NCBI GenBank assembly: GCA_963733015.1
Contig: CAVTBO010000003.1
Location: 44,635 to 108,634, forward strand
Length of the DNA: 64,000 nt
Direction: 5' to 3'
Source of the DNA: an uncultured Actinomycetes bacterium
GTDB lineage: Bacteria; Actinomycetota; Thermoleophilia; Gaiellales; Gaiellaceae
The notes below the pieces were generated by a model. It made no database searches. It saw nothing but the letters and a program-made list of their open reading frames with translations, and had not been told where the DNA came from. Made by a program: the position numbers and the translations under genes. Shown here one piece after another: positions 25,627-34,861 of this stretch (positions are counted from its first letter, which is position 1; each line of letters begins with the position of its first letter).

Positions 25627-27126
25627 GCGTCTGAGCAGCGGTCGGAGGAGCCGCTCGACGTCCCGGCGGTACGGGTCGCCGTCGAAGGCACGCACCGGGT
25701 GCGGGTCGAGCTCGTGTTCCTCGAGCTCCCCGCCCCGGCGTACGTAGACCGCCGGATAAATCGTCCCGTTCGCGCTCATCTCCACCGCGACGGCCGCCGC
25801 GTCCGGCCCGCCGCCGCCTCCGTCCACGAAGTGCTCGAGCGGCAGGATCCCCTCGTCCCTGATCCCGTCGTCGGAGAAGGAGAGCGCATGCGCGAGGTAG
25901 CCCTTCTGGATCCAGACCTCGGGCCCACACGCCAGCTCGTGGAGCAGCAGCGGGACGACCTCGTCGGCCCCGAGCGTCGGCTTCGGCTGCTCGAACCCGA
26001 GCCGCTCGCCGATGTGCCGCGCCAGCACGCGGGCGTTGTAGCGGAACCCGTTCACCGAGCTCGAATTGGCGGCGACGCCGTCCTTTGAGAGCCCGCGCGA
26101 GGCGATCGTGATGTTCCCGGCGAAGAAGATTCCGGGCACGGACACGCTCTCCCAGAACCGCGAGAGCGCGGGGACGCGATCGTTCATCACCGTGACGACC
26201 CCGAGCTCGCGGAGGTCGCACAGCGGCACCCTGAAGCCCGTCGCCAGGATCACCTCGTCGCCCGAGAAGACGAGGCGCCCGTCCCACGAGGTCGCGTCGG
26301 CCGTCACGCGGAACCCGTCGGCCGCGCGCTCGATCCCCACGATCGACCCGTCGACCACGTAGGTGCCGGGGCTGCCGCGCACGTATTCCTCGTACGGCTG
26401 GAGGTAGCGGGCGCGCAGCGGCGAGTGCGCGAGCACCGAGATGTCCACCGGGCGCGGCGAGACGAGCGTCAGCTCGCGCGCCCACGGCAGCAGCCCGTAC
26501 GCGAGCTCGAACGCAGAGTTGCGCTTTCCGACGATCACGACGCGCTTGTCGCGGTACGAGTCGGCCGACCCGGCGTCGGCGTAGTGGGTCGCATGCTCGG
26601 AGCCCTTGAGCGGGGGTGACCAGGGCTCTGTCATCCCGATCGCGAAGACGACGACCCGGCAGCGGTACTCCCCGTCGGTCGTCTCGAGGACGAACCCCTC
26701 GTCCTCGCGCCGCGTCCCGGTCCAGCGGCAGCCGTATCGGGCCTGGATGCCAGCGCGTTCGACGAAGTCGACGATCCCCGCCTCCATCTCGCCGCGCGCC
26801 GGCACGTCGAAGCTTCGATCCATCAAACCGGCGACCAGTCCGCGCGCTTCCGGCTCGTCCGCGACGAGGCTGTTGTTGTCGAAGCACTCGTACTCGCGCG
26901 TGTGCCGCTCCCACGGCGCGTCCGGCTTCGTCCAGCTGATCAGCCGCTCGAAGACCGGAAACCTTCGGAACATTCCGCCGGGGGCGTCGTCGGCGGAGAG
27001 CACGGCGTGATTGGACACACCCGCTCGAGACAGCGAGTAGCTCGTCTGGAGGCCGGCGGGACCGGTGCCGACGACAACGACGTCGTAGTCCCCCGGCGGG
27101 AACGGGGTCAGGAGCCGCTCATCCAT
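25624..27126 (-). CDS. FAD/NAD(P)-dependent oxidoreductase (flavin monooxygenase / pyridine-nucleotide disulfide oxidoreductase-like) with about 130-aa unassigned C-terminal extension
   Basis: Dinucleotide motifs DVVVVGTGPAG and VVIVGKRNSAFE; ATGF... late FAD motif. Confidence 0.75.
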   Translation of the reverse strand: MDERLLTPFPPGDYDVVVVGTGPAGLQTSYSLSRAGVSNHAVLSADDAPGGMFRRFPVFERLISWTKPDAPWERHTREYECFDNNSLVADEPEARGLVAGLMDRSFDVPARGEMEAGIVDFVERAGIQARYGCRWTGTRREDEGFVLETTDGEYRCRVVVFAIGMTEPWSPPLKGSEHATHYADAGSADSYRDKRVVIVGKRNSAFELAYGLLPWARELTLVSPRPVDISVLAHSPLRARYLQPYEEYVRGSPGTYVVDGSIVGIERAADGFRVTADATSWDGRLVFSGDEVILATGFRVPLCDLRELGVVTVMNDRVPALSRFWESVSVPGIFFAGNITIASRGLSKDGVAANSSSVNGFRYNARVLARHIGERLGFEQPKPTLGADEVVPLLLHELACGPEVWIQKGYLAHALSFSDDGIRDEGILPLEHFVDGGGGGPDAAAVAVEMSANGTIYPAVYVRRGGELEEHELDPHPVRAFDGDPYRRDVERLLRPLLRR

Positions 27127-27527
27127 TCCGTGGTGTTCCGGAGCCGGCGTGCCTCCGCCTGGAGCATCCGGTACAGCACGCGGGGGTTCTCGAGCAGGAA
27201 GCGCTCGAACTCGGGCCCCGGGATTACGAGGCAGCGGAGCATCGACAGGGCGACGACGTCCGCAACCGGCGGCTCGCTCGTCAGCAGGGAGATCTCGCCG
27301 AAGAACTCGCCGGCCCCGAACCGGGTCACCTCCACGTCGTCGATCCGCACCACGGCCTCGCCGTCCAGGATCACGAACAAGCCCGAGCCCTTGAGGTCCT
27401 TGCGGAGGACGCGCTCGCCCTCCGGGAAGACCTCCTCGTCGAAGCGATGGGCGATCGCCTCGAGCTGCGCGGGCGGCACATCCGCGAAGAGCGAGAGGCG
27501 CGCGAGGACGTCCGGGACTTCAGCCAC
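27108..27527 (-). CDS. stand-alone cyclic-nucleotide-binding domain protein
   Basis: 139 aa; LFADVPPAQLEAIA...G..L.KDLKGSGLFVILDGEA...FGEISLL pattern; no HTH or other output domain. Confidence 0.8.
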   Translation of the reverse strand: MAEVPDVLARLSLFADVPPAQLEAIAHRFDEEVFPEGERVLRKDLKGSGLFVILDGEAVVRIDDVEVTRFGAGEFFGEISLLTSEPPVADVVALSMLRCLVIPGPEFERFLLENPRVLYRMLQAEARRLRNTTEWMSGS

Positions 27528-28449
27528 GCGCCGAGCTTAGTTCGGGCTCGGGCTCGTGGTCCCGGTCAAGGGCGGGTTGCTTCTCCGTGCTCCGGCTCAC
27601 CATCAGCGCGACGCCGACCACGATGGCGACCCCTGCGACCAACGTTCGGCCCGTGATCACCTCATCGTTGAAAGCCCAGCCGAGCAGGACGGCGATGACC
27701 GGATTCACGTAGGCGTACGTCGAGACCGTCGATGCGGGGACCGTCTTTAACAGCCAGACGTACGCGCTGAAGCCGATCAGGGAGCCGACCACGACCATGT
27801 AGGCAGTCGCGAGCAGCGCGTCCGCAGAGAATGTCGCGTCGTTCCACTCCCCTCGCCCGCCGCTGACGATCGCGAGCAGGGCGCCGCCGGCGAGCATGCC
27901 CATCGCGGCACCCAGAAGCGTGTCCTTCGGGAGCGCCGAGCGCTGCGAGTAGATCGAGCCCGCCGACCAGGCGAGCGCACCCACGACGATTGCGAGCGCG
28001 CCGATCGGCTTCGCACCCTCGTCGCCCGACGGGTCGACCAGGAGCGCGAGGCCCGCAAACCCGAGGACGAGACCCGCGAACGCTCGGCCTCCAAGCCGCT
28101 CACCCATGAAAATCCAGGCCAGGATTGCGAACCACAGCGGGATCGTCCCGACGAGAAGCGCGGCGATCCCGGACGGGACGTCCTGTTGGGCCCAAGCCAG
28201 CAATCCGTGGCCGAGCAGGAAGAGCGCGCCGCCGAAGAGGAACGCCGCCCGCCACTGGCGCCAGCCGATCGGGTCGCGGTCCCGGTGTCGGACCATCACC
28301 CACCCGAAGAGGAGCGCCCCGGCAACGAGGTGGCGCACCGACATGGCGAAAAACGGCGGGAGGTCGCGCACGACGACGGCGATGGCCAGGAACGTCGATC
28401 CCCAGACGACGTAGATCGTCCCCAGCGCGATCCAGACTTTGGCGCGCAT
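27520..28449 (-). CDS. EamA/DMT-family transporter
   Basis: 309 aa, ten hydrophobic segments, two EamA-like halves. Confidence 0.8.
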   Translation of the reverse strand: MRAKVWIALGTIYVVWGSTFLAIAVVVRDLPPFFAMSVRHLVAGALLFGWVMVRHRDRDPIGWRQWRAAFLFGGALFLLGHGLLAWAQQDVPSGIAALLVGTIPLWFAILAWIFMGERLGGRAFAGLVLGFAGLALLVDPSGDEGAKPIGALAIVVGALAWSAGSIYSQRSALPKDTLLGAAMGMLAGGALLAIVSGGRGEWNDATFSADALLATAYMVVVGSLIGFSAYVWLLKTVPASTVSTYAYVNPVIAVLLGWAFNDEVITGRTLVAGVAIVVGVALMVSRSTEKQPALDRDHEPEPELSSARG

Positions 28450-28505
28450 CCCTCTTCCTTCTAACGACGGGTGCTACGTTCCCTTCCCGACCCGAGAGAC
28501 GGACG

Positions 28506-29351
28506 ATGCTCGACCGGCAGACGATCGAAGAGCGACAGCGCGACCGGGCGGCTGCGCTCGAGGACCTCAACCGCGCCAAGCGCGAGCTCGCCCAGGCCGC
28601 CACGCGGCTCGCCGAGCGGGAGCAGAAGCTCGAGGAGCGCGAGAAACGCCTCGAAAAGCGCATGCAGCGGATCGCCCGCAAGCTGGAGGCGAGGCGCAAG
28701 CGACAGCACCGGATTTCCGCCCTGCGCGCGAAGGTGTCCGACACCGAGCTGCTGAAGGGACGCCACAAGGAGTCCGAGCTCGACCGCGGCGAGAAGCGCA
28801 TCAGCCGTCGCGAAAGCGAGCTCGAGGGGCGGACCGCCGAGCTCGCGGCGAGGGCCGCCGAGCTGGACAGTCGCGCCGAAGCGCTGATGGCGCGCGAGAT
28901 GGAGCTCGACGCGCGCGACGGCGAGTCGGGCCGCCTCAACGAGGAAGCCACGCGGATCCGCACAGGCATCGAGCAGCGCGAGAGCGACGTCGCGACGCGT
29001 GAGCAGGAGATCGCCGGCCGCGAGCAGCGCGCCGCCGAGCTCGAACGATCGGTCGGCGAGCGGGAGGACCTGGCGGCATCGAAGGATGCGGAGCTGACCG
29101 CGAAGCTCGAGGATCTCGCCGGGCGGGAGAAGCGGCTCCGAAAGGACGAGCAGCGCCGGGCGGCGGCGGCCGATCGACTCGAGCGCCATTCCGCCGATCT
29201 CGCCGAGCGGGAGCAGGCGCTCGCGCGGCTGGGCCAGAGCCTCCTCTCGCGTCGCAACGGAGAGCCCGGCCCGGTCGAGGAGGCTTCCACCTCCACGTTC
29301 GTCGAGGGCCTCGACGCCCTCAGCGGCGCCTCACGCCCGAAAACGGACTGA
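28506..29351 (+). CDS. Glu/Arg/Ala-rich coiled-coil protein, hypothetical
   Basis: ATG 28506; high GC3 in this frame; the long antisense ORF (28100-29458) is Ser/Arg-rich shadow. Confidence 0.6.
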   Translation: MLDRQTIEERQRDRAAALEDLNRAKRELAQAATRLAEREQKLEEREKRLEKRMQRIARKLEARRKRQHRISALRAKVSDTELLKGRHKESELDRGEKRISRRESELEGRTAELAARAAELDSRAEALMAREMELDARDGESGRLNEEATRIRTGIEQRESDVATREQEIAGREQRAAELERSVGEREDLAASKDAELTAKLEDLAGREKRLRKDEQRRAAAADRLERHSADLAEREQALARLGQSLLSRRNGEPGPVEEASTSTFVEGLDALSGASRPKTD

Positions 29352-29389
29352 CCGTCCGGCTGCGGCGCTAGCGTCGCCGCATCGGAAAG

Positions 29390-29464
29390 ATGTTCGTCGT
29401 CTACGTGCTCGTGATCGTGACGGGCATCGCCCTGTACACGATCGTGGGCCTCGCCCACCTGTAG
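29390..29464 (+). CDS. 24-aa hydrophobic micro-protein MFVVYVLVIVTGIALYTIVGLAHL (not in ORF track)
   Basis: All 23 sense codons after ATG end in G/C; single TM helix; stop is 2 nt before the ATG of the next gene. Confidence 0.4.
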   Translation: MFVVYVLVIVTGIALYTIVGLAHL

Positions 29465-29466
29465 CG

Positions 29467-30141
29467 ATGAGGCGCTTCGTCCGGGACAACGGCCTCTCGC
29501 TGTTCTTCCTGGCGCTCTTCCTGCTCGCCCTCGCCGGCCAGTCGATCGCCGGCTACAACGTCTACAACCAGGAACAGCTGGAGCACGACGGGCAGACGAT
29601 CAGCTACCTCCGCTTCCTCGTCAGCTCCGCCTTCGGTGCAAACGTGCTCGAGAACTGGCAGTCGGAGTGGCTGCAGTTCTGGCTCTTCGCGCTCGCGACC
29701 GTTTGGCTCGTCCAGAAGGGGTCGAACGAGTCGAAGGCGCCGGAGAGCCTCGGGCTCGAGACGGACGAGAAGCAGCGCGTCAAGGGCCACGCGCCGAAGG
29801 ACGCACCACGGTGGGCGAAGCTCGGCGACTGGCGCCTGACCCTCTATTCGTACTCGTTCACGATCGTGATGGGCGTGATCTTCCTGGCGACCTGGCTCGG
29901 CCAGTCGTTCGCGAGCCTGTCGATCTACAACGACGAGCAGGCCCAGCACGGGAAGCCCGAGTCCTCGTGGGCCACGTACGTGACCTCGTCCGACTTCTGG
30001 GAGCGAAGCCTCCAGAACTGGCAGTCGGAGTTCCTCGCGATCGGGACGATGGTGGTCTTCACGATCTATCTCCGCCAGCGCGGCTCGCCGGAGTCCAAGC
30101 CCGTCGGCGCGCCGCACACAGAGACCGCCAGCTCGGGCTGA
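29467..30141 (+). CDS. membrane protein, DUF6766-like
   Basis: MRRFVRDNGLSLFFLALFLLALAGQ...ENWQSEWLQF...ESK duplicated module pattern (recalled, unverified). Confidence 0.6.
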   Translation: MRRFVRDNGLSLFFLALFLLALAGQSIAGYNVYNQEQLEHDGQTISYLRFLVSSAFGANVLENWQSEWLQFWLFALATVWLVQKGSNESKAPESLGLETDEKQRVKGHAPKDAPRWAKLGDWRLTLYSYSFTIVMGVIFLATWLGQSFASLSIYNDEQAQHGKPESSWATYVTSSDFWERSLQNWQSEFLAIGTMVVFTIYLRQRGSPESKPVGAPHTETASSG

Positions 30142-30143
30142 GG

Positions 30144-30719
30144 TCAAGTTCTCTCGAGCGCGGCCCGAAGGTCGTTCGCGAGGTTCGCCGCAGTCAGGTC
30201 GACGCCGGGGTGGAGCGTCGAGCGCCACCGCCCCTCCGCGTCGTAGACGCGAACCGGCACGGAGTGCATGTTGCTGTTGCCCGTCTCGTGTGAGGCCATG
30301 ATCTTGAACTCCGTCCAGATAGGGCGAAGCTCGGCAACCGAGCCGTCCACGTACTGGATCTCGCCCGTCGCGCGGTTCTTCGCCAGGAAGGAGCGAATGC
30401 TCGCCGGGGTGTCGTTCAGCGGATCGACGCTGTAGGCCATGGCGAGGACTCGCCCCCGGTCCTCGCCGAGGAGCCGCATCGCCTCGGCCATCTGCGAGGC
30501 GGCGATCGGGCAGGCATCGGTGCACTGCGTGTCGAGGAACGTCACCGCGAGCGCCTTGCCGGAGACGCCCGGCGATCCCGCAACCGCCTGCGGCAGCACG
30601 AGGCCTTCGGGCGGGACGCTTCCGCGGAACGAGGGCTCGTCGCCGTCCCGCGTGATGACGAGGCCGAGAACGACGGCGAGCACGCCGAGGAGCGCGGCGG
30701 CGAGGAGTGCAATACGCAT
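30144..30719 (-). CDS. SCO1/SenC-family thioredoxin-like (copper chaperone) protein
   Basis: N-terminal anchor, CTDACP (CxxxC) motif, downstream conserved His (MHSVP). Confidence 0.75.
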   Translation of the reverse strand: MRIALLAAALLGVLAVVLGLVITRDGDEPSFRGSVPPEGLVLPQAVAGSPGVSGKALAVTFLDTQCTDACPIAASQMAEAMRLLGEDRGRVLAMAYSVDPLNDTPASIRSFLAKNRATGEIQYVDGSVAELRPIWTEFKIMASHETGNSNMHSVPVRVYDAEGRWRSTLHPGVDLTAANLANDLRAALERT

Positions 30720-30779
30720 CCCGACAGTCTGCCGACTCGCCGTTCCGCGACCCGAGCCGCGACTGCTTCAGTAGGGCAC

Positions 30780-31985
30780 ATGGCCGAGGAGCGGAGGACG
30801 CTTCGAGCGGGGATCCGCTCGCTCCCGGGCCCGGTCTGGATCCTCTGCGCCGGCTCGTTCGTCAACCGCTTCGGCAGCTTCGTCGCGGTCTTCCTCGTGC
30901 TCTACATGCGCGAGAAGGGCTACTCGATCGCAGAGGCCGGCTTCGTGGTCAGCCTCTACGGGGCGGGCAACGTGATGGCCGCCGCCGTCGGAGGCCTGGT
31001 CGCTGACCGGTTCGGACGGCGGAACGCGATCGCGATCTCGATGTTCAGCTCCGCGGCGACGTTGCTCGCGCTCTCGCAGGCGGACGAGATCGTGCCGATC
31101 GGGGTCTTGACGGTCCTCGCGGGGCTGACAGGCGAGATGTACCGGCCCGCCTCGTCCGCGCTCCTCGCCGATCTCGTGCCGGCCGGGCAGCGCCTCCCCG
31201 CCTTCGCGCTCAACCGCCTTGCGATCAACCTCGGGTTCGCCGCCGGCCCGGCGTTCGCGGGGCTCCTCGCCGACCGTTCCTTCACGTACCTGTTCGTCGG
31301 CGACGCGCTGACGTCGATCGTGTTCGGCGTCATCGCGCTCACGTCGCTCCCCGAGGGGGTCCGGACGAGCCGCGCGGACGAGCGCCGCGGCGAGGCGCTT
31401 CGCACCATCGCCCGCGACCGCGCCTTCCTGATCTTCCTCGCATCCTCGTTCCTCGGCGCCTTTGTCTACTTCCAGTCGAACGCGACCTTCCCCCTCCACG
31501 TGAAGGAGAGCGGTCTCTCGAACGCGGACTACGGCCTGCTGATCTCGCTGAACGGGCTCGCGATCGTCTTTCTCGAGCTGCCCTTCACGTCGATCACGCA
31601 GCGCTTCCCGGCGATCCCGACGATGGCCTTCGGCTCGCTCCTCGTCGGGCTGGGCTTCGCGCTGAACGCCTGGGCAGAGACGCTCGCAGCGCTCGCGTTC
31701 ACCGTGATGATCTGGACGATCGGCGAGATCGTCTTCGCGCCGGTGGCGTCTGCGTACGTCGCGGACATCGCGCCGGCGCAGCTTCGCGGCCGCTACATGG
31801 GCGCCGAGGGGCTGATGTGGGGCGTCGCGTTCATGCTCGGCCCGGGGATCGGGGCAGCGCTCTTCGCGTGGAACGGCGACGCGTTCTGGCTCTTCTGCGG
31901 CGTGCTCGGGCTGCTCTCGGCGCTGCTGTTACTGGCCGCCGCCGGTCCAGCCGCCCGCCGGGGAGGCGGCCGACCCGGCCCCTGA
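30780..31985 (+). CDS. MFS transporter
   Basis: 401 aa, 12 TM; GGLVADRFGRRN loop 2-3 motif. Confidence 0.8.
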   Translation: MAEERRTLRAGIRSLPGPVWILCAGSFVNRFGSFVAVFLVLYMREKGYSIAEAGFVVSLYGAGNVMAAAVGGLVADRFGRRNAIAISMFSSAATLLALSQADEIVPIGVLTVLAGLTGEMYRPASSALLADLVPAGQRLPAFALNRLAINLGFAAGPAFAGLLADRSFTYLFVGDALTSIVFGVIALTSLPEGVRTSRADERRGEALRTIARDRAFLIFLASSFLGAFVYFQSNATFPLHVKESGLSNADYGLLISLNGLAIVFLELPFTSITQRFPAIPTMAFGSLLVGLGFALNAWAETLAALAFTVMIWTIGEIVFAPVASAYVADIAPAQLRGRYMGAEGLMWGVAFMLGPGIGAALFAWNGDAFWLFCGVLGLLSALLLLAAAGPAARRGGGRPGP

Positions 31986-33011
31986 CTAGGAAGCGCGCCG
32001 ACGGAACCAGCGCGCGCGCTCGGTCGGCAGCTCGATGCCCTCACCGAGCGCCGTCGCCGCCGAGACGACGTCGTCGTCCGTAAGCGTCGTCAGCTCCTCC
32101 GGCCCGAGCTCCTCCAGCCGCCGGCCCGACATGCCCGCGAGCCGCAACGCCTGGGCGTTGAGCGCCTGCTCGAAGATCGTCCGCGCATACCGCGCGTTGC
32201 CGAAGCCCTCGCCTCGCACGGCGGAGTCGAACACCGAGCGCAGCGCCTCCTCGGCGCTGCCCGTGAGCTCGTACGCGTAATCGGCGGCGAACTTGTTCGT
32301 GATCGCCAGGAGCTCGTCCGTGGAGTAGTCGGGAAAAGAGATCTCGCGCGAGAAGCGCGAGCGAAGGCCCGGATTCGAGTCGAGAAAGCGGCCCATCGGC
32401 CGCGGGTAGCCGGCGACGATGACGATCAGTCGGTGACGATAGTCCTCCATCCGCTTGAGCAGCGTCTCGACCGCCTCCGGCCCGAAGTCGTGGTACGCGG
32501 CCTCCGGCGCGAGGGCGTAGGCCTCGTCGATGAAGAGCACGCCGTCGAGGGCACGGCGGATCACCCGCTCCGTCTTGAGCGCGGTCGTCCCGACGTACTG
32601 TCCGACGAGCCCGCTGCGATCGACCTCGACTAGATGCCCGCGGCGCAGCAGGCCCATGGCGCGGTACATCTGAGCCAGCAGCCGAGCGACCGTCGTCTTG
32701 CCGGTGCCGGGGTTCCCGTAGAAGACGAGGTGCTGGCTCGTCGCGACTTCGGGAAGGTCGTGCTCCTGCCGGCGTGCCTGCACCTGGAGGAACGCGACGA
32801 GCGCGCGCACCTGCTCCTTGACCGTCGCGAGCCCGACGAGCTCATCGAGCTCCGCCTGGAGCTCCTCGAGCGGCCTCGCCGGCTGGGGCCGGTTCAGCCC
32901 GAGCTGCTCCGCGACCCAGTCGAACGGCGCCTCGCGCGCGGCCGTCCTGCGCAGGCGTTGCGCCAGCTCCCTGACGTTCTCCGCCAGCTCGTCACGGACG
33001 TCCCGAGGCAT
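31986..33011 (-). CDS. AAA+ ATPase, CbbX/SpoVK/EccA-like
   Basis: Walker A GNPGTGKTT, Walker B VLFIDEAY, sensor/arginine-finger region NPGLRSRF. Confidence 0.85.
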   Translation of the reverse strand: MPRDVRDELAENVRELAQRLRRTAAREAPFDWVAEQLGLNRPQPARPLEELQAELDELVGLATVKEQVRALVAFLQVQARRQEHDLPEVATSQHLVFYGNPGTGKTTVARLLAQMYRAMGLLRRGHLVEVDRSGLVGQYVGTTALKTERVIRRALDGVLFIDEAYALAPEAAYHDFGPEAVETLLKRMEDYRHRLIVIVAGYPRPMGRFLDSNPGLRSRFSREISFPDYSTDELLAITNKFAADYAYELTGSAEEALRSVFDSAVRGEGFGNARYARTIFEQALNAQALRLAGMSGRRLEELGPEELTTLTDDDVVSAATALGEGIELPTERARWFRRRAS

Positions 33012-33052
33012 CGGGGCAACGGTACCCCGCCAGCGCCAAGCGCTAACAGGTA

Positions 33053-33090
33053 GTTAACCAGGCTAACCGATTGTCGGTAACCTGGTTAAC
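33053..33090. promoter_or_regulatory. perfect 10-bp inverted repeat GTTAACCAGG-N18-CCTGGTTAAC, probable MarR operator
   Basis: Ends 1 nt before marR-like ATG (33092); inner imperfect palindrome TAACCGA-TTG-TCGGTAA. Confidence 0.5.
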
Positions 33091-33091
33091 G

Positions 33092-33532
33092 ATGCCTGGA
33101 GCGACCGACAAGCAGACGGTGGAGATCGCCAACCGCCTGCGCCCCGCGCTGCTGAAGCTCGCGCGCGAGCTCCGGCGCGAGAGTCACGCGCTCGGCGTCA
33201 CCGGCGGACAGGTCACGCTCCTGATCCAGATCCAGAGGAACCGTGGCTTCGGCGTGAACGACCTGGCTGCGCACGAGCGGATCTCACCGGCCGCCATGTC
33301 CGGCCACGTCGACCGCCTCCAGAAGGCGGGCCTCGTGACTCGGACCCCGCACGAGACGGATCGACGGCGGCAGGTACTGGCGCTCACTGCGGAGGGCGAG
33401 CGCGTCCTGCGCTCGGTCAAGTCGCGGCGCACCGCCTGGCTCGCGGCCCGCCTGAAGCGGCTCGACCCGGCCGAGCTCGAGGAGCTCGACGCGGCAGTGG
33501 AGCCGCTCTTCCGGCTTCTGGAGGACGAGTGA
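33092..33532 (+). CDS. MarR-family transcriptional regulator
   Basis: wHTH VNDLAAHERISPAAMSGHVDRLQKAGLVTRTPHETDRRR. Confidence 0.85.
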   Translation: MPGATDKQTVEIANRLRPALLKLARELRRESHALGVTGGQVTLLIQIQRNRGFGVNDLAAHERISPAAMSGHVDRLQKAGLVTRTPHETDRRRQVLALTAEGERVLRSVKSRRTAWLAARLKRLDPAELEELDAAVEPLFRLLEDE

Positions 33533-34770
33533 CAGTCGCCTTCCGCCGCACCTTCGCGAGCCTCCGCATGCACCGGAACTACCGGCTGTTCTTCAGCGGG
33601 CAGATCGTGTCGCTCGTCGGCACCTGGATGCAGAACATCGCGCTCGCCTGGTACGTCGTCGAGCTGACCCACTCGGCGGTCGCAGTCGGCTTCCTCGCGT
33701 TCTGCAGGTTCGCGCCGTTCACGGTCTTCGGCCTCATCTCGGGGGTCGTCGCCGACCGCTTCGACAACCGACGGCTCGTCATGGTCACCCAGACCGCGTC
33801 GATGGTCGTCGCTCTGGCCCTGACGGCGCTGGCCTTCTCGGGCGCCGAGATCGTCTGGCTCGCATATGCACTCGCGGCGGCCGCCGGCACCGCACTCGTC
33901 TTCGACGCCCCTGGCCGCCACGCCCTCACCTTCCAGATGGTGGGCCGCCAGGAACTGCCGAATGCGATCGCGCTCAACGCGAGCCTCTTCAACGGCTCGC
34001 GCGTGATCGGCCCCGCCGTCGCCGGAGTGCTCATCGCGGTCTTCGGGGTCGGTGTCTGCTTCGCTGTCAACGCGCTCAGCTTCCTGGCGGTCCTGACGAG
34101 CCTCTGGCTGATGCGGGTGAGCGAGCTCGTGAAGCTCGACCGGCCCAAGGAGCACCCGACCGTGCTCCGAAGCGTGCGAGAGGGCCTCTCCTACGCCCGC
34201 CACTCGCCGCAGGTGCGGCTGGTGCTGGCGATGACGATGGTGGTGAGCACCGTCGGCTTCAACTTCCATGTGCTCGTCCCCGTCCTGACCTCGGAGACGC
34301 TCGACGCGGGACCGCGGACGTTCGGCCTTCTCTCGGCGTGCTTCGGCGCCGGCGCCTTCACCGGCGCGATCCTCACGGCGGCCCTGGGCCGCGCGAGCTG
34401 GAAGGCGCTCCTCCTCGGAGTCGGCGGCTTCAGCCTCGCTCTGCTCGCCCTCGCACCGCTTCAAACCGTTGCGGCCTGCGCACTGCTCCTCTTCGTGGTC
34501 GGGGTCTGCTTCACGCTGTGGACGGCGAACAGCCAGTCGCTCCTCCAGCTGTCGGCCCCGGACCACCTCAGAGGCCGCGTCCTCAGTCTCTATCTGTTCG
34601 CGTTCGCCGGCCTGGCCCCGCTCGGCGGGCTCTTCACGGGTTGGCTCTCAGAGGTCGGGGGCACGGAGCTCGCCTTCTTCGTCGCCGGCATCACGGGCCT
34701 CGTGATGACCCTCGCGGCCCTGCGCGAGGTGTACGGCCGTCACCACCGAGCCGTGCTTACACAGGCCTAA
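33529..34770 (+). CDS. MFS transporter (EntS/MFS_3-like)
   Basis: GTGA overlap with marR stop; 413 aa, 12 TM. Confidence 0.8.
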   Translation: MTVAFRRTFASLRMHRNYRLFFSGQIVSLVGTWMQNIALAWYVVELTHSAVAVGFLAFCRFAPFTVFGLISGVVADRFDNRRLVMVTQTASMVVALALTALAFSGAEIVWLAYALAAAAGTALVFDAPGRHALTFQMVGRQELPNAIALNASLFNGSRVIGPAVAGVLIAVFGVGVCFAVNALSFLAVLTSLWLMRVSELVKLDRPKEHPTVLRSVREGLSYARHSPQVRLVLAMTMVVSTVGFNFHVLVPVLTSETLDAGPRTFGLLSACFGAGAFTGAILTAALGRASWKALLLGVGGFSLALLALAPLQTVAACALLLFVVGVCFTLWTANSQSLLQLSAPDHLRGRVLSLYLFAFAGLAPLGGLFTGWLSEVGGTELAFFVAGITGLVMTLAALREVYGRHHRAVLTQA

Positions 34771-34861
34771 CAACTCCCCGCGAAATCCTTTCAGAAGGAC
34801 CACGGCTCCCTCACGCCGCCCGGGAAGACTCCGATCAATGTCGCCAAGGAGGTTCTCAGCA

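Noticed and set aside
28100-29458. 452-aa minus-strand ORF opposite the coiled-coil gene
   Set aside because: Its Ser/Arg-rich low-complexity translation is what the antisense of an E/L/A/R-rich coiled-coil gives. GC3 favours the plus frame.
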